A stretch of 64,000 bases of DNA from contig NMRA01000227.1 of NCBI GenBank assembly GCA_002633005.1, positions 506,219 to 570,218 on the forward strand. Reading direction: 5' to 3'. Each line of letters starts with the position of its first letter. Position 1 is the stretch's first letter. A model generated the notes under the pieces. It saw nothing but the letters and a program-made list of their open reading frames with translations, ran no database searches and was not told the origin of the DNA. Positions 37,545 to 52,015 of the stretch are shown piece after piece. Source of the DNA: Phoronis australis (lineage: Eukaryota > Animalia > Phoronida). The translations under genes and the position numbers were made by a program.

Positions 37545-40068
37545 AGGAAATACAAATGTGGAGCATGCTGAATCACAGATGTTTAACTTTTGACTGTAAA
37601 ATACAAATTGTATAAAAATAATACACGTTGAATGAACTTAGATATCTTTTGTAATATTTGATCCTTTCCTGTGCATAATTATGAGCCCCAGTAGCGAACT
37701 GTTGACACGTTAGAATACATGTTGAATGAAAAGGCCCTTTTTCAGAAGGAAATGCACTTAATGACCTCATGGGTGCACCAAAAGACCTGAAACTTTGGAA
37801 TTGTAACTCAGTTACATGTATCAATCCCATACGTACAGCTTAAGTGTCTAGTCCAAAATTCAATTTCAATCATTTTTGACCTACTTTATCTGATTAGATG
37901 GCTTGATTGCTTAGAAAAGTGATGTATTTAATTGGCATGTACGCGTGCACCTGTATGCTGAAATTGAAGAGAATTCCTTGAAAAATGTAGGAGAAATAAC
38001 ATTTTGAAAATTGGATCACTTTTGCATTAATCGACCCTTTCTGGTGCATTATAAGCCACTTTTAGTAGAATTATTGCAATGTCTGTGAAAAGTGCGTTTA
38101 ATGCTTGGATTTACAGTTTTCTACTGCTGTCACATCAAACGCGTTGAATGAAAAGGTAAACATTTCAGAAGAAAAATGCACTTAATGGCCCCATGGTTGC
38201 ACCAAATGACCTGAAACTTTGAAAATGGAACTCAGTTAAATGTACCAATCAGTTGTGCGAACTTGAAGTTTCTAGCTCAAAACCTTAGTGTGCGCGCAAT
38301 GACCTTTAACCAATTTAATCTGATTGGATGACTCAATTAATTAGAAAAGTAATGCATTTGATTGGCATGTAGACTTAGACCTGTACATTGAAACTGAAAC
38401 AATTCTATGAAAATGTAGGAGAAATTACATTTTGAAAATTGGATGACCTTTGCATTTAATTGACCTCTTCCGGTGCATTATGAGTCAAAATACGATATTT
38501 TATAAAATTTATGGATGGCTCAAACGTACTTGGAAAGTTTCAAAGTTCAAAGTTGAGTCGTTTGGGAGTTAAAAAGTTGTAGAAAAAGGCCGAAAATATA
38601 ATAATAATAATAACAATAATAACAACAACAACAATAATAATAACTAGCTGATACCGTGCTTTCGTACTGGTAGCAGCTTGTATAAGGGAAATGGGAGATA
38701 GCTGCACCTTCAAGTGAACATTAGTGTTTAGCGCAAGAGACAGGAATATTTCTTGAGGAGACCGTGTTATTTTAAAGCTTCAGTCAGAATTTCTGCCAGA
38801 TTAAGGTAGGGTGTGCCGTTGCGGGATTCTTTCCCAAGCAGTAAAAATATTTTTTTCCTTTCCAGAACATTTGACCCTGCCGTAACATAATGTAAGGTAA
38901 TCAGCTTTTCTTTAAAGTGAAACTAAGGAAGCATTATTAATACCGCCATTGTACACAAAGTAAAAAATATGCATTGACAAACTCACATCATAAAGGTACA
39001 TACTAGTGGTGACTGGGTCAAGACGAATAAAGAATTCTCAGCAATAAATATTAGGAACTGTATTGGTTCCCAGAACAAAAATAAAGAAATTATGAGGTAT
39101 AATAATACATATACACACCATTGTGTACAAATGGAGCTCTCAGTAGAGACTTAATGAAAAACTGTTTGTAATCACAAATTGACTGAAAGGGCGATGAAAC
39201 TGTGACATGTCTATGCAACAGTACGACAAGAGAGGTTATACAAATGTCTTTTTACAAAATTTGTCTTAAGTAGCATATGTACACAAAACAGTTTCAGTGT
39301 ACTTACAAGTTTCACAATAAATTTACATAGGGCCAAGACGCCGTGCAAACAATGAAGAACATGAGATCTTGAGGCACGCTACGGGCGGCAAGCCCATGGT
39401 GGCTTGGCCAAGACGTGCAAATATTTCTGCACACAAGTGATGACCATGAGAATGCGAGGCACAATATCACACGCCATTGTGTAAAAATGCAGTACTCAGG
39501 GCAGATTTTGTGAAAAAAACTTTTGGGGTTATAAAAATTCTTAGGCCTCCGTATCCCACCTGGTCACCAACATGTACTGGGGCTTTGTTTGTTTGTAAGC
39601 ACTCAAGTGTTGTACTAAGGCGTAATGAAGGGTTTGTAAACATTCGGGTGTGCCCGCGTAACATCATGTGGAAAGAAAAAAACAACGAAGAGTGCAGGGA
39701 TTTTCTCGTGAAAAAAACACGATCGCAATGTTACAAACCAAAACACGGACGAAACGTGACAAAACATAGGCGATAATTGCAGTGAAGCCGAGCACCAACT
39801 TTGGCGGCGACAGACCAGAAGAAGTACCTGTACATGTATACGCGATGGATGCCGGAAGGAGTGAAATTAAGTCAAAGGACTCACGTCACCTGGGCTAAAG
39901 GCCAGTACGAAACTGACCAACCTCCCTCCGCGTCCGCGAAAAATCGAATCGAAATAAAGGCGAAGTGGACTACCTGGGACAGACAGTATCTAAATGAGCG
40001 CAACGAAGATCTGCAGTGGATGGGGAGGGGGAGTTCGTGTGAACTTTCGATTTTATGTTATAAATGAT

Positions 40069-40128
<60 letters not shown>

Positions 40129-40230
40129 AATAATAATAATAACCAGAAGAAGAAAAAGAAGAAGTAAAAGAAAAAGAAAGAGAAGAACTAGATAAAAACC
40201 CCGAGTATACGTGCGCGCACCCCGCCTAAA
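37545..40230 (+). mobile_element. HINE/Helentron-like element: two ~430-bp tandem units plus an (AAT/AAC)n tract, split by a Helitron
   Basis: Units starting at ~37720 and ~38140 are homologous to each other and to 7480-8200; the microsatellite at 38600-38643 resumes at 40068-40190. Outer boundaries approximate. Confidence 0.55.
38644..40067 (-). mobile_element. Non-autonomous Helitron
   Basis: Minus strand reads A|TCATTTATAACATAAAA ... subterminal hairpin (taccagtac-gaaa-gcacggta) ... CTAG|T: TC and CTAG ends, an AT target and no TSD. Possible helicase remnant (QGQ) near 38870-38930. Confidence 0.8.
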
Positions 40231-40299
40231 ATTTTTCGATATGCGTACCTTTTAGTAAAAGAAATCAACTAGGACTAAAAACAACGGGACCACTAGGTT

Positions 40300-40455
40300 C
40301 AGGCCCATGAACCGTGCATCAGCGTCGACTTCCCGTAGATTTTGTGGATTTTTGTCTCCTTTACTCGGACTTTTTGTTTCACTGAGGCGGACCTTTTTGC
40401 CCAAAATTGGGGGGCTCGTTCAAGCCCCCCGAGCCCCCCCTGGGTGCGCCCACGG
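40300..40455. mobile_element. Short MITE-like repeat related to 47035-47280
   Basis: tgaggcggacctttttgccca is the reverse complement of tgggcaaaaaggtccgcctca at ~47082; both carry gggctcg...gagcc motifs. Confidence 0.55.
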
Positions 40456-43400
40456 TATAGCAAGACTCTGCACTCGTGCGCTCATAGTAATTACTCGGGC
40501 GTCACGTATTCGAACGCCAATAACTTTGCAAATGCACTTGATTGTCGAGAATTGTTTTATTATTTAGTATCGAGTCTTTATTCCTGACAATAATCAGCGT
40601 GCCTTACAAATCCACAATTACTGGGAATGCCACTCAAGGTCATCACTAATTCCAATGAAACATTTAACAGAACAAAAACCCATTGATTGACTGATTAAGT
40701 TCTACAAATAAAGGACAAAAATGTTTCGCTATCACGACATTCTATTTTAAATAAACGGAGAAATAGAGCGACCACGTCATCTCTTGACGAATAAGGGTTC
40801 CTGGAAAAATGACAAAACTTAAAAAAAAACTGGGGTACCCTCCAAAAATGTCCTGCCCATGGCACCGAAAGGGTAAATCCAGTCCTTATGGTAGTTTCCT
40901 TTCTCGACTTCTCAGTGTTGCCCCCTATTACTGTGCCGAATTATCAGAGGAACTTACTTTCACGCCCCCTCCAATGTTTCTGCACCCCAACTTCACCAGC
41001 GCCCCCGCCCCCTTCCTCCTACGGCTATCCTTTAGGGGTCCAAAATAGCGTACGTAATATGTATCAACGCATGCTTAGTTTCAGCTATACTTTTATGAGG
41101 GAGACTATCGAGTGTTCGTCTTCCAGTCAAGAAAAGGCGATATTTCGAATTCATCGTAAAGTAGAGACAGAAATATCCGCTAGTTATATAGTGAGTGGGA
41201 TATTCGTTTAATATTTTCCAATTTCCGCTTTCGATAACTTCATTACTCAGTTTATTCAATTTCAGCGGAAGGCAGAACGTTATTATTGCTATTACTGTAC
41301 ATGTAGCTTCACCCAAGAGAGTGTTGTAGCTTACGTGTAGAAAACTGATCCTGTGAAATTCAAGGCTCGCACATTGTTAGTTGTAACCGTGATATACTAA
41401 TGTCGCAAAGTGCTCGTTAGAAGTGATCTTGTTAGACCAGAATATTGACAAATATTTTAAAACTAGTTACGAACCACTTTTGGCAAACGCACTAACCTCT
41501 GCCGATAACTTCGGTGGCATCGAAGTTATGCGTTCCCATTGTAGCGAAGCATCATTCGACACTTTGCTGTTAAATCCACCTCTTTACTTCGGAGTGAACT
41601 CGCACTGTTACTTTCGATCCAAGATCGAAGTTAAAGTCCTTCTCTCAAGCTGCCAATGTGGTTCCAGTATCCGAAATACTTACTACATAAATTCTTATTT
41701 TCGACACCCTTTCTTTATATTCTTTTCGCCTTTCTTGCCAAAAGCGATTTTTAACAGTATTTGACCCTTCTCTCTGAGCGTATGATTACCGGTTGTCATC
41801 GGTTATTTCCGTACCCACATTTCCGGCTCATCAGTTCAGGAACTTGCCCTGAACGCCGCCATTTTTTCCTTGTAACTGAATGTGCTATGGCTTGCTCGAA
41901 AAGTCTTTATTATTTTGTTTTAGTAGTAATATATCGTGATTCGTTTGCATATGTAGTGTATTTATAGTTTGTAGTTAGTGGTCGTTGATTTTTTTGAAAT
42001 GTTACGCGTACTTAGAATGTTAAAATAGCATTGATGTTTTGTTCCTTACCTAGGCGGGTCGAACCTAGGAACCAATATGGGTCGAACCAATTTTTTCGGT
42101 TTTATTTTTTTCCTCGTTTTGAAAAAGTACTTCGCTATCATCGGAAAGGTAGTACATTCTACTCAGTAAAAATCGAAAAAGTATCAAAATCGGGGCAAGC
42201 ACTGTAAATTTATTGCAAGTTTTGTGGCGAAATTTGGGTCACTTTGTTTGGATCGCGTCGGCCATATTGGAGGACAGCGGGATGAGTTACGAGTTTAAAA
42301 CTTTGTGTCAATTGTTTTCGCCAACAAATTACGGTGAAATTTAGTTAGACATATCTTTACTTACTATTCTGCACGATTTAGCAGTGTTCACCAAATTTCA
42401 GCCTCGCAGTTGTTACTCATTAAGTGATAAATGTGCTCACAATTCCCGTTGGACTTCGTCTCATTTCTGGCGGCACCGACAATGGCGACTTTTGATGAAC
42501 TTAGTGAAAGGCATGTTCAATCGGCTACTTTGTATTTTGTGAAGATTTAACGTTGATACATTTTGACAAACGTTGCTACAAAAAAGGAACTTTGTTCAAT
42601 TTTCGTGTTTTTTGTGTTTGTGGCCAACGACCAGCTAGGCCTAAGGGTAGCCTTGGCGCAAAGCTGTATAGGTCTACTAACAAGCTGTATTTTGACTATA
42701 GTCTTCGCTGGTAGTTGGTGACTGAGGCTAACTAAGGTCTGCCGCGGCAGTGTGACATAGGACTAACCAGCCCGTAATTTCATGCAAGTGTCTGAAACTG
42801 CCCTTGAATATATGCAGCATTTTTCATTTGACCATTTTACTTCGACAAAACAGCTTGCAACCGCATGCATTTACCGTTCGCCAGTATCTGGTCTCGATCC
42901 GCACCGGGTCCGATAGGCTGCGGTCCCGAGTCTGGCAAAATAATTTCTGTCAAAATTTGAGTACGGATCGTGTATTAGTTATGGGGTAGGTACTTCTTGG
43001 ATCCTTATAACATCTTCTAACCATGTAATAAGGGTTAACAACGCGTGAGAGAAGGACTTTAAGTGTTCCCTAAAACCGAAGCTTCGGAGCCAGTAGGAAA
43101 GGCCTTTTAGAGTTAAATTCAATTAATCACACTTTCAATATGTTTCCATTACATTCGCATCTCGATATAGGGCACCGTAAATAAATTACTCATGGTTGTC
43201 ATGGTACATCAATATACTTCATGGTTAGTTTATTACCGTCGTGGTTAGGAAATGAGGTAATTTACAGTGACTAATCAACTCGTGTTCCACTTTTCTACTT
43301 TTCCTGAAATCCATTTTCAATAGAGACTCCTTTAACTGGTAATTATTTTGGTTTGGCTTGTTTTATTTACAAGCATATCAGTGTTGACGAGCTTCTGGGG

Positions 43401-44697
43401 TGTTACTTTGCTTGCGCGGGCAAAACAAGAGTTTCCAAAAAGCAATGAATCCAAATTTCGTTCGGCATTCTAACCCCAAATCACAAAATTTCCTTGGCAG
43501 TGACAAACATTTTAGTCCTGGATCTGTTCAGCGAATATCACATGGACTCCGAAACAGTACCCTTTCAAAGCGTACTCTTTTAATGCATGACTCTAATGAA
43601 CTTAACCCAAACTGGAACCTAATTAGATTTATTCACAGCAAATATATTTTCAGTTCCACATGGGTGTTAATCTAGGTGACTTTTTATTTGAGAAGTAATA
43701 TCTTCTGTCCGAGATATCGTCTAACAAAGTTTCATGATATGAAGCAGTATTTACATTTATTATCCGTCACTAGCTTTACTCATTTCTTTTAATAGAACAC
43801 AGTATTGCGGACTTATTGAATTAATTGTCCTACATTTCGACCTCACGGATACAAAATGAAATCAGTTAAGGAAATGTTAGTGTATAGATGACCACTGTTA
43901 GGTATGTTAGGTATTCCCGCTAGGGGGCAGTTTTGAGTTTTATCGAGGAGTTCTTGTTGGTCGCCGATGGTGAGCAGACGTGTTTCATGATTTATCTGAA
44001 TACTGCGGCTGGACTTTATGTTTTCTTCATACTTTCTAAATACTGAGCGTTATTTGTTGTGGTGAGCCTTTGCTACAGTGCGGACAGTAGCGTCTTGTGT
44101 ATGGAACTTGACTGTGTTAGTTTGGTGGACTAGTGGAGTCAACGGAACACGTGAGGACGCCTTGGTGATGAAGAAGGCCGCAAGTTTCAAGTTTTGGATT
44201 GTTGATGCTGACGTTCGACCCTGTCTTCGTTCCAAGTTTCGCGTAACTTGTTATCATGTTTGTAAATATGCAAATAGATATTAATTTAGATCAGGATAAC
44301 TGAAAAGTGGTTCTTTTTGTTTATATTACCGTAACAACCACTAATTGAAAATTTCAAACGACTGCTTATTTGAACATGCATGTTCAAAACCTGCGATACC
44401 CTTTGTAACATATCTTTGAATCTGGGAACAATCTAAACATGAATGTATTTGCATGGCAGATATTTAACAGCAAAATAAAGAAACTGCCAACAGAAGCTAT
44501 GAAAAATGCCAAAATGGATACGCTTTATGTTGTAATTTCAATGTTGGTCGTAATAGACTACAAATGCCATAATGTCCATATACAGTCTCTTAAATACTAA
44601 TTTATACAACTGAACTTAAAAACAAAGGTTACAAAGACGCAAAGTAAATTAACCATGTCTTGTATTTACTTCAAAACATAAAACCATACAAACTTAC

Positions 44698-44722
44698 CTT
44701 CCCACCAGTTGAAACAAGAAAC
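44698..44722 (-). CDS. Candidate 25-nt micro-exon of gene B (VSCFNWWE)
   Basis: Strong tttcttgtttttcag| acceptor and AAG|gtaagt donor; phase 0-1. Confidence 0.45.
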
Positions 44723-47034
44723 CTGAAAAACAAGAAATATAGTGAAGACAAAAAGGACTTTTAGGACAACCTGGTTAGTTTTACATAACCTTTGCGTTCG
44801 CGCACGAGAGAATTTCAACTCTTCCTAGACTGGACGCTCGACCAATGCTGGTTTCAGCTTTCTAACCTGATTCAACCATTTGATGGTTGAGGATGATTGC
44901 GCACTATCCTTTTGATAGAAAGATTTAATCGGACTAATTTAATGTTTTTGATAGGCTAAAACAGGATTCAGTATTCCTTAGCAGTGGTCCAAATTACATG
45001 CAACCCCGAACACTTTAAGTAAGTAGTGCGTGAGCGCCTTCAGACGCGCAGCTAGTTTTGTAACGTATGCTTAAAGGCATAGTTATTTCACTTTTATTTT
45101 GCATTTGCCAGAAGAAACAATTGAAGCTCTTTCTCTCCTAAACATTTCACGATTGCACAATGTCCGAGGCAGCACTCAGGGACAATACTTTAGATCTCTT
45201 AGATCCTCTCAAATTTTGTTTATCCTGCTTTAAATTTTCAGATTTCGGAGTCTCTGAAAGAGAGCATCCTTACTTTAAGAGATTACGAGACTGGGGTTGG
45301 CAGTTCTTACATGTATGCAGTGGGCACCACTGCCAAGAAGCAATGGCCCTGTTTGAAAGGGAGGTCAACTACGTAATGAGTAATTGAATTTAAAGCCTAA
45401 CTTCAACGGAATTTTGTTATTTTAGATGTATTGGGCTAAACAGATAGTCCTAGCAAAGCCTTAGTAAAATAAGAAAACACGAGTTCAATCACGCAAGTGT
45501 AAGCCCGTCAAATGATAAGTGAAGCTGCCTTTTCGCGCCATGTTGCGTCACCGCGAGATCCCAGCACAAAGAACAAAAGGTTATATTGAATAGGGGTCTG
45601 AATAGAACACCATTGCGTGCGGGTGTTTGAATTAAAAGGTGGTTATCGCGGTAACGTAGACAAAAACAAGCCAATACGCCTAACAATTCGTTTCACTTCA
45701 CAATTAATAGCACTAGTGGTCTCAGAGAGATGCTGTTAACGAACTGTAGGAACCAAATTTTCAGGTGTTATCGTTGAAGATAGGCTTTAAAGGTATAGGT
45801 TCCAATCTACCAGGAAATGGTTACCTGTGAACAAAATAACTAGGACTACTTACCTTACAATGTTTTGTCATAAATATGCAAAATGTGTAGGTAAGACAAC
45901 CATGGCAAGTCATGCTGGTTAAAGAATTGGGTTTGAAAAATACTTAAAATCAAAAAACACCAGAAAAGATTAAAATTTATTAATAGATAATTATGATTTG
46001 GTTGGATGTTGTAGTTTTTGGCCATTCACTGCGTAAACCAACAATAGACGTGTGCACGTGTAATGTTCTCTTGTGGGCTTGAGTTTTCGGCATATCTTGA
46101 CTAAAAATGACCCCTGAATTTCGTAGATAACTATTCAGCTTCGGATGATTAGCACTCCTGGAGCAACCCTGCTCCCGCACACTATTCCTTTACAGCAAAG
46201 CCATTTTATACCCTCGCACGCCGTTCGCTTTTCTCGTGCCATTTCGCATAACCTGATAAAAAATCTCTTGTCACAAATTTCTCAAAATTACTTGTAAACA
46301 CATTCCCACCAATTTTCTTGTATTTGCTTTCAACAGAATCATTTCAAAACTGCTGTCTTTAAGCTATAAAAATGAAACTAAATCTAATGTTCATGAATTG
46401 ACGATGTTTGTTATAACGATATAGCAAAATTCCAGGGAACTCTCTACGCTCAACAATACATGTCGTTGTATTCTATTCCCATTAGACGTCAAGACTCTAC
46501 AAGGAGATTTTGATTTGCACATCGAATTCTTGTCACATTATTAAGCTAACAACGAGGTAAATGATTACAATTTAAGTAATTTTCGTAACTACAATCCACT
46601 TAAAATAAACAAAATCTCACAGTTTAGAGTTTCCTGCAACACCTGAGCCCCAACCCAGAAGACAAAACTGTCTAACACGCAGGGAAAATATCTAGATAAA
46701 ACACTCATCGTAATCTAATTGAAAACCATCATTAGTCTGCGAATTGAACGTTCACAGCAAGTAGAAGGAGAGGAAAATAATTTTTATGTGATTTTAGTAT
46801 GGTCAATAAATATCGTAAAAATAAAAGGAAAGGCGTAAGAGGTTAATACGAAAATATTCCAGCAGCTCGACCGAGGAGTTTGTCTGTGAGCGGGCGAAAA
46901 GCATAATGAGCGGGAGGAGGGAGGGCCAGCAATGAAATATGTTCTCCAGATGCGAAAAGTGGTGCGGGTCAGGGGATAATATGTGTCCACGAGAATAGAA
47001 GAGCTTGCACGCGGGAACACTTTTATTTACATGC

Positions 47035-47280
47035 AAGCATGGGGACTCGGAGGGCTCGAACGAGCCACCCATTTGGAGAAGTGGGCAAAAAGGTCCGCCT
47101 CAGACAAATAAAAACTCCGAAAAAAGTAGAAAAAGAGACAAAAGTCTACCAAGAAGAAAGGATCTACCAAAATTCGGCGAATGCAAAATTCATAGCTTTG
47201 AAGTTACCCCGTAAAACTTAGTAAATGGTCCATATTCTCAAAAATTCGAGCCCCCCTTTTTAGGCAGGGTGCACGCATGA
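47035..47280. mobile_element. MITE-like repeat related to 40300-40455
   Basis: See 40300-40455; gggctcgaa...ttcgagccc inverted motifs near the ends. Confidence 0.5.
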
Positions 47281-49234
47281 TGCGCTGGCAGGTCGAACGA
47301 CGCCCAGGTATGGAAGTCTAAGTACCTTGGGTTGGTGTACCGACTACTTACACGACACACAAGTGTGACAATTTGGTGCTAATGTTAGCAGAATGTGATA
47401 ATATCTCAGACGGAAATGGCAAAGGTTTTCTGATTGAAATAAACACAGCACTATCCTTGTAGGCGTGTAAGATGGTGCTGCGGATGCGCTGAGATCTTAA
47501 AAATTCTTCTATTTTAAATCATTAAAAACACAAAAACACTTACGTGGTATACATCTAGACCCAGGGGCTAATCTTTGCTCTTGAAATCAAACTAGAAAAT
47601 GTATTAATTATTTATCGATCTCCTTTGATATTAATACAGCCTATTCTTATGTGCAAGGGTATATGATGTATTACATAAACCACCATGCAGTCTCCCGACG
47701 CACTTGATGACTTCTAGATTCGAGCGACAACTCTGAGTAAAAACTCGAATTCAGACTTACTGCTGGGGTGATCAAGAGCAAAACTAGGATTAAACAAAAA
47801 GTAGACACCTCACCTTGAGTTTTTACCAAAGTAGAATGGAAAATGTTCAATTTTGAATGAAAAAGGTAAGGCCCGGGTCGGGCCGGGCCGGCCCGAGTAC
47901 GAGTACTAAACGATCGTCAAAATTTGGCTCGAAGGATGCAGACAAGCACTGACGACGTGCGGTGCGTGCATTTGCAAAAATCATTTTATAAAGTCAGGTT
48001 AAAGAATATCAGTTGAATGAGTAAACAGTGAATCTAATGAATTAGTACGTTTCTTTTTAGATTAGAGGCAAATGTGGCCAATGCGGGTGTGGCCAATGGG
48101 AAAAGTTAGTTTTCGATAGTATTTGTCCCGAACAGAACTTTCGAAATGAGTTGTGTACAGTTTTTTATTCACGGTAGTTATCATAGATAAACTAATAAAA
48201 AACAAAAAAAGACTGTAGAACTTGTATCATTTTTGTTGTTTATGGTGTAGCAAATACACATTGAAAGATGTTTGAAAACAAAACCACTGTCTGAGTTTAC
48301 ATAGCCTTGAAACAGAATACTTAAAGTCCACTTTTAAGCGTATGTATTATTAATGTTGGCCTTCGTGCCAGTTATTTTCCATTAGTAATAATATCCAGTG
48401 GACAGTTTTCAATTAAAACGTTACTTTCGAGGGAGAGCCACTACTGAAACTGAATTATTGATAGTTGAACTGAATTGGAAATTTGGTCGATGGCGCCACG
48501 TGTAAGCACTGTCAATTACAAGTTTTTGGTGAAAGCAAAAAGAAATATTAATCAAACAGTTGAGTTCAAATATTTGTTGGAAACTATTCTTGCGCTGCCT
48601 ACCTGTGATAGCTATAGTGACAGAATTATAACACAGAAGTACATACCTGTATTAGCGATAGCCACAGAGTTATAACACAAAAGAGGTTGAACTGAAATAA
48701 AACACAAACCTTTTTAAAGAACTCAATATTTAATGATGATATTACGGCGGCGCTTAGCGCCGCCGCTGAGATTTAGAATTTGATGCACAACAGTTCTATG
48801 AAAAATCGTTCAGCTTCAGTAAAATGGACCTTACACTCCAATATTATATCTCAGGAGACTCTTCTGTATACAGACAATTTATCGTAAACTCTTACTGAAC
48901 TTGAACCGTTAGCTAGACCAAAATTTAGATGAGATCGGAAATGTAAACATTGTACACTATTAAACATTGTCTCTTAATTGCTGTCTGCTCTATAAACATG
49001 TCTGGTTTCTGACAAATATTTATGAATAAAGAACATTGAAAAAGCCGCGAGTTCAGAGCAAGTTTCAGGTGCATGTTGCCTTGACAATGAATACCTAGTA
49101 ATTATGAAAATCCAAACGAATTTTACCGTGACTATTGGAAATTCTTCCTAGACGTCAATAGTTATTTCGTTTTCTGGTACAAACAATTTTTCGCTAACAA
49201 AGAAAGTATCTTAGCAACACTTAGCAACACTTAC

Positions 49235-49252
49235 CTTGAACAATTTACCCAT
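49235..49252 (-). CDS. Candidate first coding segment (MGKLFK) of gene B
   Basis: gaaATGG context and AAG|gtaagt donor, just downstream of a canonical promoter. Confidence 0.45.
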
Positions 49253-49278
49253 TTCGTACTGTCTGTGCTTCCGTTCTC

Positions 49279-49386
49279 ATCTGAATTTTTTACAGCACAG
49301 GAAAGGCAATTTATATGTTTGCAGGGTTCACAAATAGATAAAAATGCCAATCACAGCGATGACGTTAAAGATACTTGCCACGCCCA
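49279..49386 (-). promoter_or_regulatory. Pol II promoter: GC/KLF box, CRE half-site, CCAAT, TATA, Inr-like
   Basis: GCCACGCCC 49377-85, TGACGT 49360-65, CCAAT 49347-51, TATAAA (minus) 49310-15, TTCAGAT ~30 nt downstream, then an ATG and a consensus donor. Confidence 0.6.
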
Positions 49387-50082
49387 CTTTGCGTAACATT
49401 AAACGTCGTAATTTGAAGAAATAATTCATTTAAAGAGGTAAAGAGGTATTTTTAGTTTCAGCTTACTAAAAGCAAATTACCGTAGGTAGCTCATTTGAAA
49501 AATAACGCTCATTTAATTAAACTGGTTTTGTTTTCTAAATAGTCTTTTCTGTGAAAAACTCAACTACTACAGTATGAATGGTACGCTATCGATGCCTAAT
49601 TCATAGCATACCCTTAAACATAGCCAGTTACTGAAATCGGCATTCTTTTCAAATTTAAAGTAAAATTCCTCTGTTTCATGAATTGAAGTGGCAGCATTTC
49701 CTTTCTTCTTTTTCAACACGACAATTCAAAATGTTGTCATACTCCACACCGCCAGAGTTTACTTCAAGGGAAATCCCCTCAGATGTCATTCGAACAATGG
49801 CTTCCGGGACTCCCAAAAAAAGCTTACTCAAGTCAGGGGGATGCTCTATACAATCGTTAGTTCCTACTTAAGTGAAGTCGGCCAAATCAAGACCCGGTTA
49901 TCATACTAAAGCGATGAATTTCACGCAAGTTTGGGTTTTTGACACATTCAAAATTATAAGAGCCAAACAAAAGCAAGATGTTTCACTATACTTTCCCGGC
50001 TCATTGCATTACCATATATATACATATACATACACATACAAACACCCACCCACACACGCACGCACACACGCACGCAAACTCA

Positions 50083-50212
<130 letters not shown>

Positions 50213-50642
50213 NNNNNNNNNNNNNNNNNNNNNNNNNNNNNNNNNNNNNNNNNNNNNNNNNNNNNNNNNNNNNNNNNNNNNNNNNNNNNNNNNNNNNNNN
50301 NNNNNNNNNNNNNNNNNNNNNNNNNNNNNNNNNNNNNNNNNNNNNNNNNNNNNNNNNNNNNNNNNNNNNNNNNNNNNNNNNNNNNNNNNNNNNNNNNNNN
50401 NNNNNNNNNNNNNNNNNNNNNNNNNNNNNNNNNNNNNNNNNNNNNNNNNNNNNNNNNNNNNNNNNNNNNNNNNNNNNNNNNNNNNNNNNNNNNNNNNNNN
50501 NNNNNNNNNNNNNNNNNNNNNNNNNNNNNNNNNNNNNNNNNNNNNNNNNNNNNNNNNNNNNNNNNNNNNNNNNNNNNNNNNNNNNNNNNNNNNNNNNNNN
50601 NNNNNNNNNNNNNNNNNNNNNNNNNNNNNNNNNNNNNNNNNN

Positions 50643-51376
50643 GCTCTCACAGAGTATACAGCTAGTCTGCTGTAGTGATGGCGCTCTCACAGAGTATACA
50701 GCTAGTCTGCTGTACTAATTGTGATCTCACAGAGTATACAGCTAGTCTGCTGTAGTGATGGTGCTCTCACAGAGTATACAGCTAGTCTGCTTTAGTGATG
50801 GTGCTCTCACAGAGTATACAGCTAGTCTGCTGTAGTGATGGTGCTCTCACAGAGTATACAGTTAGTCTGCTGCACTAACGACGCTCTCACAGAGTATACA
50901 GCTAGTCTGCTGTACTAATGACGCTCTCGCAGAGTATACAGCTAGTCTGCTGTACTAATGACGCTCTCACAGAGTATGCAGCTAGTCTGCTGTACTAATG
51001 ACGCTCTCACAGAGTATACTGCTAGTCTGCTGTACTAATTGTGCTCTCACAGAGTATACAGCTAGTCTGTTGTACTAATGGCGCTCTCACAGAGTATACA
51101 GCTAGCCTGCTGTACTGATGCCTCTCACATAGTATACAGCTGGTCTGCCATACTGATGGCGATCTCACAGAGTATACAGCTAGTCTGCTGTACTGATGGG
51201 GCTCTCACAGAGTATACAGCTAGTCTGGTGTAGTGATGGCGCTCTCACAGAGTATACAGCTAGTCTGCTGTAGTGATGGCGCTCTCGCAGAGTATACAGC
51301 TTGTCTACTGTACTGATGGTGCTCTCACAGAGTATACAGCTAGTCTGTCGTACTAATGGAACTCTCAGAGTATACT
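50643..51376. repeat. Minisatellite, 40-bp unit x~18
   Basis: gctctcacagagtatacagctagtctgctgta(g/c)t(g/a)atgnn repeated. Confidence 0.97.
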
Positions 51377-52015
51377 TGAAGTAAAGCTATTTTAAGTAAT
51401 TTTTCAGCAACCTTGAGTTTCCTTGATTTTATTCACGGTTAATGCTCGTATAACTAACCAATGAGCTGAAAGCATTTCAAGTACCGTTGCAGGGCCATTT
51501 TTATAGGTAGCGCTTAGGAATTTCAGTTCCCAAATATATCTTTCTGGACGCGAGGAGCGAGGCCTCTAACAAGCTTGTACAGAGGTGCATTTCGTAAAAA
51601 CGTCAAGGTAACATCACACAATATCATACAAAATCACGTGAGCAAAAGGAGCGTGTTTCGCGAGTGTATTCGGGATCTTACGAGCGTGTCCTAGCAAAAT
51701 GGGGGCCAATGAAGTGATCGGTCGGTGTGGTTCGAATGGTGAATTAGGGGGCAGAATTTACTGTGCCCATTCCATTAGCGAAGATTTCTCACCTCAAGTG
51801 TTTCATTAGTGTTTTGAGTCTACTGGTAGATTACGTAGGCCTATCTACCTACCTCCTTGTTTCATATCAGCATATGTTTGAACTTCAATCACACGAACAA
51901 AAGGATTTGGACAAGACACAGTTAAAAATCATGGCTTCATCCTAAAAAGTCTAATAACGCGACGTCAAGCTCAGTACGTATTCTGCGTCCTGATGTATTG
52001 TTAAGCCCCGCTTAA

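Noticed and set aside
42045-43038. piggyBac-like element ending AGGG|TTAA
   Set aside because: Probably a repeat, but I found no matching left TIR or TSD.
50643-51376. 40-bp repeats with a short variable segment, superficially CRISPR-like
   Set aside because: The variable part is only a few nucleotides of point variants, not unique spacers; eukaryotic context and no cas genes. It is a minisatellite.
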